Of a stretch of 64,000 nucleotides of DNA, positions 26,216 through 38,200 are shown piece by piece. Numbering within the stretch: the first letter of the stretch is position 1; every line of letters starts with the position of its first letter. Under the pieces are notes generated by a model that saw only the letters and a program-made list of their open reading frames with translations, did no database searches and had not been told where the DNA came from. Source of the DNA: Magallana gigas (taxonomy: Eukaryota); contig NC_088855.1 in NCBI RefSeq assembly GCF_963853765.1, positions 22,072,001 to 22,136,000 of the forward strand, in the 5' to 3' direction. The position numbers and the translations under genes are program-made.

Positions 26216-29200
26216 CTGTTGTAAATCAATCATATAAATAAAGCCACTTAACTTTATGTTTTGTAAAAAAAAGTATTAAACAGTAATTCTCGCGGAAAAT
26301 AGCATGAAATGTTATATGTAATCAATAGTGTGACTTCCAATTAATGCTTTTTCATTCTTTTCCCCGTTTGTTTGTTTTTTTAATACATAATTTTTTTCTT
26401 TTAAATTGAAAATTTGAATTTTCATTTTACGATCATTTCGTTTTAATAATAGTGAACACTAAAAATGTTGTATTTTCAATAAAACAACTTACCTTTACAT
26501 ACAAGCTCGATTCCACTCCATTTTCCGGTCGCCAAGCACTTTTGCTGTAAACTTCCGTTCGTTTGCTGGTAACCCTTATTGCAAACGAACTGCGCAGTCC
26601 CATTTACAGACTTATCTATACTTGTTAACGTGCTATTTGGGGGCGTTTCAAGATCAGGGCAGTATATTTCTAAAAAGATTCATTCTAAAAATTAGAATGT
26701 GCATAAAAAATTCTACACCCTTTTCAGATTACATTTCATCTTAATATTGTTAAAAAATGATATTTACCACAATTTGAAAATTTTATCATGCAGTTGTATC
26801 GTCATTATATTATTTTAAAACTGTGTCACATTACAACGTATACAAATATAAAAAAAAAAGTCAAAATTGACTTTTTTATGTTGTACTCTAGCTAGACGTG
26901 AATTAAAATGAGGTTTTTATTTTATTCCTTATATTTTGTCAATTGAATCTCTTTCTTATTTGTTTTGGCTTGTTGTTGTTTTGTTTTTTGTTGGGTTTTT
27001 TTATTGTAAATTCCGAGTAAAACCGGAATTTAATCATTCTGTTTCTTCTTCTTCTTTTTTTTTTTACACTAGACCATTCCATTTTCTAAGTTCTCTTCAT
27101 TTTGTAGGTAGTACAGTGTCTGTATAGAGTACATTATTTCCCCTTCCATGGTGTAAATTGTAAACAGAATATGTTCACTTCGGCGTACCTGAACAATTCG
27201 GAAGTGTCCCGTTCCAAGTTCCATCTATTTGACAGAGAAGGGAACTACTATCATTTAACCGAAACCCTGGCTTACAGGAAAACGTGGCGCTTGTGTTTAC
27301 AGAAATGTCCATCGAGTTCGTTTTAGAAACGCCTGTTGACAAATTCATAATGGTCGATGCCGAAATAGTTAGCGGCGGACAGAATATTTCTGCAACAAAA
27401 AATAATATAGTTAATCGGAAGTTTCATTAATATTCGAGGGCAACAAATTTTATTGATTGAGTAGATTGGTAATTTCAATATTACTATGACAACAATCCTC
27501 TGTCTGTTATGAAATAATGATTTTAATACAATACTTTTTGACTTTTTGAAAATGGGTAATATTGGAGGGGGGGGGGGGGGGGGGTTACATATAGATATTA
27601 AACCATATCAAATATAGTTCTCTGTTGATTTTCTTTTTCAATAAAAATCTGTTGTTACATACCTTTTTTGATAAAACAAAAAAGGATATGGCAAAATTTA
27701 TTTTAATTGTTACAATAAAATATATTTTTTTCAGCTCATAATGGTTTTCTAATCATTATAGAGTTGGGTTATTCAGCGACAATATTTACTATGAATACGG
27801 TACATTTAAGCTTTTTAAAGCTATATGAGCTGCAATTTTGAAGCTGAATTTTTTAAAAAGAAAATGTTATTTTCTACTAAATGACCAAAAATATAATGGT
27901 TTTTAAATTTCTGTTAGCCATATTTATGTAGGGAAAGCTGTTAAGAAGCCTTTAATTAATTATTGTCGTCCTGTACAAAAATTAATCTGCTATATATTCC
28001 TTAGAGTTGAAATCTTTCTTTTGACAAAAATTAATGATTTTTTCAAATCTTATTTATCATTTCATGCAGACTTATCATACTAGAAGTCTTTTGCAGCAAA
28101 ATACAATTCTAAAAAAAATACAGCTCATATTGCTTTGAGTTATTTAAGCTATTCAAACATTAAAGCTATTTAAGCTTTTGATATATCACATGAATATATA
28201 TATATATGTATATATATATTTATCATTTACATGAAATTTGAAATCTCGTGGATTAAGGAATATTGCTCTGAGCTTACCTGAAATAAAATATAAACACAAC
28301 ATTATTGCATAAGTAAAAAATTTATACAAATTACAGTTTTATGCCATTTTAGAAATTACCATCACACGTGACGGAATTTCCATCCCATGTTCCATTATTC
28401 AAACAGGTGCGAGTCAAATCGCTCCTGGAAGGATTGAACCCGGGGTTACAGGCGTAAGAAGCTTGGGTTCCGATGGCGTAGGACGATTGACTTCCCATAG
28501 GGTAGTAAAGTGTATTCAAAGTGGGGTCTTGTGTTGACACATCAATTCTGCCATTGTCAGGGAAAGGTAACGCCAAGCAGGTGATATCTATAATTCAGAG
28601 AAAACTTAATCAAATCAAGATATAAGTTTGATTACCGACACTGATGCAAATGACATAGATACATAATAATTAATATTAAACCGTATAATTTGTATTTTAA
28701 CAATATATAAATATGTATTGCACCTGCATCATTATTACTGTCCTTAAACATTTAATTTCTCCTTTAGAAATTTATATCGCATTTTTAGTAAAAATATTGT
28801 ACACCTGGAAAAGTTAAAATGGTGATTATATTTTCCACGTGACATACATAAACTAGTTAAAATTGATATATCAAAGTGTCTCATACGACCTCTCATTAAA
28901 GTAATTGCATAGTATTTTGTAGAAAATTGGATAGTTTAATTTCCTTCTTTAACCTCGTTTTCAACTAACAAAAGCTGGAAACCTACAATCATATATCATC
29001 AAATCATTTATTTGTGTTTATTTTTTGGTAGAAGTTACAACTATACTTCTATTTCGACTTTATTTAATTGTGTTAACTTTAGCAAGAAAACTTGATTTTC
29101 GAAATTTTCAATAAATAAGTAGAGATAAAAGAAAGAGTTCAAATTTCTAAAATATTTCCCTTCAAACATCAGATTATGAGACCAGGTCATATACAATTTA

Positions 29201-32200
29201 AGCGTAAGCAAAAAGACAAACAAATATTGTAAAGAAATCATAAATACCTAATACATGTTTAAATGAAGTAAAAAAAAATAACTGATAATTTTCTTAAAAC
29301 TGTTTTTGGTCAAATAAATTATCCAGTTTTGTTCTTAACTCTTGTTTATTATCATACATCCATCACCAGTTTAATGTAAAAAAAAATTATATATAATATA
29401 TATAAATAAATGAAATCGATTTGTTAACAAGTAATCTGCAATAAAGTACCCGAACATATAGGTGGTCCTCCGCTCCAGGTACCATTCAGCGTACAGACTC
29501 GACTCAGATTTCCAGACGTTACTTCAAAGTCTGTGTTACAACTATAAAGTAAGCTCCCATTCACCTTGTTGTCTATACTCTCCACCCTCCCATTTCCAGG
29601 GTCGGTTACATTTGGACAAAGGATTTCTGTTCAGTAAAAAAAAGGTAATTTAAACTGTAAATAACAACTCTTAATATACTAATATTGTCATGAATTGAAG
29701 CGACTTAAGAATTTAACCATAACACTTATGGAAATGCTCTAGGGTAGGCATTTATAATATGTCGGAATGAAGTATTAGAAGATATTACGATTGGTGACTA
29801 CAACGAGTGAACTCACCGGAACACACAGGTGGAGCTTCGGACCAACTTCCGGTGACGAGACATGTTATGTTTAAATCAAGTGATAATCTAAATCCCGCGT
29901 CACATGAAAAGGATGCAGTGCTATTAATAGGAACACCAGAAGATGAAGATATTACAACACTATATGTCACGTCACCGTTTTCGAAAGTTTGAATATCTGT
30001 ACAAAATATCTCTGTAAAAAGAAATAATAAAAAATTATGATGTATTTTCAATAATAAAAAAATCTGAAATCACCAGTGCTTCAACCAATTCCAAAGTTAG
30101 TCACCCAAATATTAACAATTACATCTTCCCAAATGGTTTAGATATAGCAAAAGTAATGATTCTTTCCTTCCCACTAAAAAAAAAGAGTACCACTACATAT
30201 TGCTGGTTCTCCACTCCAGGTTCCGTTCAGCTGACAGGTACGAGTCAAATCGCCCCCGGTATGATTGAATCCTGTGTCACATGAGTAAATTGCTTGACTG
30301 TTGATAGAGGTTTGTTCTGCGACAGCTTTTCCATTTAGCGGATGATATAGCCCCGGACAGAATATTTCTGTTGTTTAAAAAGACATTGAAAAAATGTTTG
30401 AATAGTATTTTCCTTTACACTATTGAATTAGACGGTTTTTATTAAAATTGTGCACTGAATACTAGCAAGAACAGTCTTTTAAAAAAATTGTTTGAAATGT
30501 GTGTGCAATTTTCTTTGCTAACACATCAACTGGATTTTTCATAAGATAAAGATAAGATAATATGATTGTATCAATTATTCAATGAAGTTACCAAAAGGCA
30601 GTAAAATAGCTAGATTTTAGCTATTTTGGAAAATATTTCACTCCAAAATATATTTCCGAGGATTTAAAATTATTAAAACCCAACGTTCACAATGACTTGC
30701 CAATGATTTTCCCAAACAGTGGCTTAAAGGAAAAGGACAGGTAATGAAAATTAAAACATAACGATATTCTTTCAAATAAGAAGTGGTATATAATGACATT
30801 TTTAATTGTAAATTAACAAACTGACTTAGTAAAGCGTAAAAAAGCATGTCATAAGAATTCCGATGGAAAACCGTGAGATCGTCAATCTTCACTGCGTACC
30901 CGAACAATTTGGCGGATCCCCGCTCCATGTACCGTCCAACAGGCACGTTCGATGTAGATTTCCGAACGTGTGTTCGAAACCATCAATACAAGAATATGTA
31001 AGAGTGCTATTAACAGAGTGATTGCTAATCACCATTTCGCTATTTGCTGAGGCATTGACGGGCGGGCAAAAGATTTCTGAAAGAAATGTAGAGACTGATT
31101 ATATATCTGAAATTGGTTAAAATGATCAAGCTGTCAATTTAAAACAGGATTGAACACGATAATCCTCAGCATAATTTGCGTGGCAGGTGTGAAAGTGAGG
31201 AAAATCGAATTTCCAAAATAAAATAAATCCGCATACAATGCAATTCGCAAATGGCGATGGTATGAGTTGGATAAAAATCATATACCATAACAAATCATGA
31301 AAGATTCTTTTTATCACAATGACATGTCTACAAAGGTTTGTTAAACCTTAATCTTTTCTGTAAAAGTTATGATCGTGAGCCGCACAATACATTTTCTGCA
31401 AGACGTCAACAACTTTACGCATGTAAAAAATGTTCCTTGATCATTTAACAAAGAAACGTTCATTATCGAACATATCAATTTATGAAAAAATGAATAAAGT
31501 GACCTTAAAGTAACAGTAAATGCCGTTTATGTACAACTCCACACTTTTCAACTGAAATTAATTATTTTTGTACTTATTCATTCTACGTCAATCAACCGCC
31601 TCAACCTATGTAATGTTTAAATATGACGTCACATGGAGTAAGCACACACAGTGTAATATCAAAAATTTATTACATGAGTGATATCCACCGTATAATGGGA
31701 TGAACATGTAATAAAAACAAATATTTGATGATTCCTAATAAACTCAAAGTTGCCATTAGAAGGTTTAGTTTGAGGATTATTCGATTTCGTTTGAGGTTTT
31801 TCTTTACACCCTGTTTCCACGATAAATATCCCCGATTGCATGCTTCAAAGTCCAACCATACAGACCCTACCTTAAAAAATTTCAATTGTTTTTTCTCTTT
31901 TGTTCGTGTAGTGATGCTTGCGCTTCAAAATAAATGGTCTCTTCGTGTTCGATGCAAAACTTACCGTTACACACTGGTGAGTCTGCGGACCAATCTCCGG
32001 TAATTAAACAGGTGATGGTTTCGTATGACGATAATGAAAATCCCGGCTGGCATGCAAAGAAAGCTGTTGTGTTGACGGAAATATTATGCGCTGCGTCTCT
32101 ATGGTACCCAACAATAACGTTATCTTGAACGGCGATCCATGGACAAAATATTTCTGAAAACATTTTTCAAAGTACCAGTTCAGTGTCCTGTGCATTTAAA

Positions 32201-35200
32201 ATTGGAAAAAAGCTCTAAAATTTAGTTTAATATCTTCTGAAATTTAGGCAATTTCTTTTGAAAATCCCAACTTTATCATAGAATCAAAATCCTGTCAGCA
32301 GTCAGAGAACAAAAAAAAAAAAACAATTCGTGTGATCATTCAGTCATTCAGAACATACTGTGCAATCATTAGAATTCGTTGTGGCTCAATTTTCATGGTA
32401 ATCGTTGCTAACCCTTTCCCCCACGAATTTACATCCTTGACGCAAGCAAATTAAGAAGGGGAAATTATTTTTCTGAAACTGAAAACCGATGCACTTACGA
32501 AAATACATCCCTACAAATAAGGAAAAGAGCACAATCCACGAAAATTGGCCCCCACAAATTTTAATGCCTCCACAGTATTATATCTTTTTCTATTTTATGG
32601 GTTCAGGTGTAGATGATTTTTGTGTCCGTTTTAAGGCAAACACGTGAGATTTCTTTAGGTTAGATACCTGAACACTCGGCCGATGTGCCAGTCCATGAAC
32701 CGTTAGGTGCACAGGTTCGTGTCAAACTTCCATCCGTCAAGGTAAATCCCGGATTACAGCTAAAAGTAGCTACCCCATCAATTAATGTTCCGCTTATATT
32801 AACAGCGCCATTGATTGGATCCAACAGTGAAGGACAACGAATTTCTTTAAACAAAGCAACATCAAACTGATTGAAAATGAAAGGTTAGAGTAGTCGATAA
32901 ATCTTTTCTAAAAACTCAAAAATCTTAAATAAACGACATAATACAACACATCTAGAGAGGATTTTTATTTTGACTTTCAAGGATAAAATTTGCTTTCTGC
33001 TAAAATAATCATAACAAGACTGGTACATATTATACATACAGTAAAAGAGAAAAAATGTTAGTTAAGCCGTATAGTAATGCATATTTTCAGCAATATCCAA
33101 ACAAGATAATGTGATCAGATTTCTTACCTGAACATGTCGGAAGAATACCACTCCACGTTCCGTTTGGGAAACACGTCCTGTTCAAATTTCCCGCCGAAAT
33201 ATTGAATCTTTCGTTACATGCATATTGTATGACCCCGTTCACTGATAAATTCTTTTCCAAAACAATTCCATTTGGCGGATCAATTTCATCTGGGCAGAGT
33301 GTTTCTGTAAAATGTGGGGTTATTTTTTTTCTTCAAAAATCATCATTAACAAAAAAAATATTCGTCTTTTTCTGCTAAATGGAACTATTCGATATCAAGG
33401 ATTTGAGTATTATGAGGTGATAATTTCGGTCGGGGCATGGTCAAATCCAATAAAGCTCGAAGGGTTTTATGATAGTTTTGACCACGCTCCGACCGAAATT
33501 ATCACCTCATAATATTCAAAGAATGATTTCTTATTACATGTACTTACATTTATATTATTCTGAATTTCTACACTTTAAAACAACATAAATTAAAGCCACT
33601 TCTTCTTGTAGCACGTGTGTTACAACGCACTTTGAAATTCTTTCCAAAGGGCGTTACATTTGGCACCAAGTCAACGCACTTTCAGTAAATTTTTTTCAAA
33701 GTGCGTTGATATCGTCGATATTATAAACTTTGAAAAAAAGATTTTTATTTTTTCAGGATTTAGTTGAAATAATTAATACTTTTATATGCAATAAATGACT
33801 GTATTAACCTTCTCTAGCTCAATGCGATATATTTAAAAAAGAACCCAAATACATACTCAGCTAACATGATAAACATTTTCTGGATTAGAATTATTTTGCT
33901 TTTCTCATAAGCTTACGTAGTTTGACAATTTACATGAGAGATTTGAATTATTCAAATAAGCAACTGCATTTTCCTTTTGTTAGGTATTCAGCAAATTTAC
34001 TTCTTATCTGGACCATTGGTTTATGCCAGAAACAAAACTGATTTATATATATTGATAATGGAGATCATTGTAAAACATATTTTAACTGGCTAATAAACAA
34101 ACATGATGAGAAAAAAAATATACATTAGTTATGTTTTTAAAAAACAACAACAATGTGATCATGATCTTTTGGAAGATCAATGCGAAATTAAAACTACCAC
34201 ATCCTAATGCTTATTTTTTCTTTAATAATAATACTATATTTGTCAATGTAACTTCTTTTTTTTTTTATAATAAAATGGTTTATTTGATTAGAATTTGAAA
34301 AGAAGGTTTATGCTAAAACACTTATAGATTGTTTAACATACATGCACCATTGGAGAAATTATTGTTTGACCAGCTCGTTTTTTCAATACCACTGTACGTA
34401 TTTAACAACAAAGCATATTTCTTTTTCCAATCTTAAATGTTTAATATTAGTGGCTGAATATCATGTTTTTAAAGGAAAAATGAGGGGCAAGAGATCTTCC
34501 TCCTGTAATCAGGTAAATGGTGTACTCGTAATTGACATGTATCTATTGTTAACTCCCACCCCCAAACTTGTTCTCGAAGAAGGTAAATGAGATTCACTAG
34601 ACTAGTGTTAACAAAAAACCTATCAACAAGTTAGAAATTCAATTTCATAATTTGTGATTTATACATATTTTTTGCGTTTTATGTCTCGATGCTAGAAAAT
34701 GTTGATGTACCTTCATAACGCACTTTAAAAAAAAAAAATTCAAAGTTGGTTATCTTGGTTCCAAATTTAACGCACTTTGAAAAAAATTTCCTGGTGCGTA
34801 ATTTTTTCAAAATGTGTTGCCACACACGTGCTTTGTATTACTACGCGGCGCAGCCAATACCGTTTACGGTTATGCTATAAGACACGCCCATTTGGTGTCG
34901 CTCATCTTTTATGAAATTATTGGGTTTAAGGCTTCAAAATTGATTCGTAATGTTATCACAATGATATGTAAATATATAGAAATAAATGCAATCATTTTTA
35001 CTTCATGCCGTGCTATGTAAATGTTATAAATGCACGTAACTTTACCGTGGAGAACATGCATATATACAGTGCTCAGGGTCATAAGTTACTAAAACCCTAC
35101 AACAGTTGACCTAAAATCGATTGTTTGAAGAGATACGAAATGTTGCGCTTAGTTGAATTTGCATCTCTATAGCATTGAATGATTCATTTTTGACGTCGTC

Positions 35201-38200
35201 GTGTCAATAACTGCCGTCAGGTGAGCAGACAAATTGAATAACGCGCATTAGCGCGTTATGATAATTTGTCTGCTCACCTGACGGCAGTTATTGACACGAC
35301 GACGTCAAAAATGAATCATTTAATGCTTATATTTACATTCCCTTACTGAAGAAATCAATTGTTTACTTAAATAAATCGATATAAAGTGCAGATCACGGAG
35401 GGAGTGAATAAGTAACAGCAGGAACAGCTGTTTTGTAAAACCGGTTTAAACTGGTTTTCACATAGACTGTTGGAATGAGATCGACGAGCATGAAAATATA
35501 ATCCATGATAAATAACTCTTGAAATGGTGCTTTAAACAATAAAGTCAACTTTTTTGTTGAATAATTATAAAACATGGTGTTTTTACAACATTCATGAAAT
35601 ACATTTTTTAACAAATAACATAGAAATCACTGTTTGAGAACTACTTATGTAAATTAATCGTAAATTCATACGCAGTGAATAGGTGTTGCATTTAGAGGCA
35701 TTTAAACGTCACGGAATTTAATGGAAAAACACAGTAGAATGTAAATATAAGGAAATAAGCGCCGCATTTTTGTTTGTAACTTCGTAATTGTCTCCCTTAT
35801 TTACTGGTCTTCAAACTTTATTAATTACATTCTCTCCGTATATAAAAGCTTTTACGATGCTTTCATTGAAACGTAGTCGTATTATTGTCATTCTGTACAA
35901 TATTTGGCTTCCTTTACAGGGCACAGATCTTTTATATGATGATGATGATGGTCAACGCTATGGTCAAATCGAATAAACCACAAAGATTAATAATGCATGC
36001 AAAATAATTACGATGAATACATATGCAGCCCATAGCTATAACTGGCCTTTTCCCATTCGGAAGAGAGAAACCCGATCAATTTATAGCACTTAATCATAGC
36101 CACCTCGTTAATAAAATATGAACACGGGGTTCTGATATTATCCTACCTATACACTGAGGTACATTGCTATTCCAGAGTGCGAGTAGATTACAGCGCGCAA
36201 CCGTATGGGTCTCGTTTTCAATGTGATATCCAAAGTTGCAGACGACAGCCTCATTCTCACATGGTTGTAATAAACTTGGGTTTAAGTATCCATTCATCAC
36301 AGCCAAATCTGTGGTGTTGCATGAATCTGTCAAATTGAAATAAAATACACTGTAGTAAATAAAAAGATTTTAGGTCAAAGCCCATCATACATTAGACATT
36401 TTTAAAATATATGAGAAGAATATTATAATAATTCCAAACACTGCAAGTTTCGCAAATGCTAGAGAATTTAACCAACTTTTTTAACTTGAACGAGCGTGAT
36501 GGACTTTATATGTTCGAGAGAGGGGAGCAAATATGGCATTGATGAAAATATACAAATTTCCACATGAAAACTACCTCAGGTAAAAGAAAACTGGAATAAA
36601 TCTGTTCTGCAGAAATCGGAGTTTATTTTTCAGTGTTTATAGATTTCTATTTGGTTTTAACCTGTTTTATTAATTTTAAAGTATTTTCATAGCATTTGTG
36701 CACACGATTCCGATAAAATTCCGATAAAATTTTAACAAAACTATCATATGATTTTAAAATCCATTGAGAATTTTTTTTTATAGGAAACCTACCTGTCTGA
36801 ATCAAATTCTAACAGAAAATACCTTTTTCCTATGGGAAGTATAATTTCCTATAGGATTTTCAGAAAATCAAATAGAATTTAAATACTTCCTATAGGAAAA
36901 TTATTTTTCCTATGGGAGTTATTATTCTACTATGGGATGTTTTTGAAAAATAAATATCTCACCTGTCAGGTGAGACACACTTAAAACAAATGTGGTCATA
37001 TATTCTCAAAAACTGATCCAATATTGGATGTATATGGATTTTTACGAAACTGCATCTTATGCGGGTACAAACGTGCCATCTTGGCACTGACATAATTATC
37101 TGGCACGTTAAATGTGTAATAAAAACGAATGGTTTATACCAAACCAATTAAATGCTTCATGTGAAGGTACATCCACCTGGATAAAGTTTGATATTTTTAA
37201 GCCTGAAATCAACCAGTGCTCTTCTTGCAGTCTATTCTATCAACATGTCATGAAAAGGTAAGCGATTTTCATCCATTAGATAAACCCTAATTTATCCTTG
37301 GTAGTGACATTCTTTTGTAATTTCATTACAATAATACAAAGATGTTTGTGCATTCAAATGAAAATTGTGTATCATCAATGAGATTATATTTCTTTTAAAA
37401 GCTTGTATCTGAGACAGTGTGTTCTATACTTACTTCTGGACATCAGTCCGAATACGTAGATGCCTATCTCCACGTCATTTGTTTGATGTTGTTCCTTGCC
37501 CCCTCCCCACGGTTCATCAATATCAAAGGTATACGATGTAGTTGTTGGTCTGACTCTCCAGACGAAGACTCCATACTGATTGTACCCAAATATCAACCCA
37601 CTGTATCTGCTTGGTTTGTCCGGGTTATAATCACCGGAAGTAACCACGGAACCAGCTCCATAAAACTGGAAACCGTGATTTGGACCGTTTAAAGGACTGA
37701 TCTGGAAAATTTAATATTTTAAAAAAAATGATCATATTTTCAATATCAAGTGTTTTATGCTGTGCCATATCAGTTTCCAAAATAGCACACCTTTCAAGAC
37801 ACTTTTTATCTCATAACCGACATTTTACATATTTCAAACTGAATCAATGGTATGAATTCATATCTTGAAGCTACGGCATTGATGACTGTTTAAATTTGTA
37901 CACAGAAAACGTATATATTGCTTTATACGATGATTGTCGGATATATAATGTTTTGTACAATTAATGCTTTTAGAAATAATTTAAAACTTTGAAAAGCACT
38001 AAGCTATGGTAAACCGCAATACACATTTGGTTGACTGAATATATTCCTCGTTTATTCGACGTATCAAATTTTGTTAAGAAATGAATTTAATTAATATTTA
38101 TTTGTTTTATACGATATAAAATGGTTTGGGGCAGTTTACGCTTTTTAAACTGCGAAGCGGTTTATAAAAAAGCATTAACTGTTTCAAACCATTTTATATC

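Noticed and set aside
3003-32870. Plus-strand ORFs overlapping CCP and head exons (e.g. 3003, 11286, 12662, 29462, 29807, 31934, 32685; also 37417 and 38540)
   Set aside because: They are antisense shadows of real minus-strand exons with no independent protein features.
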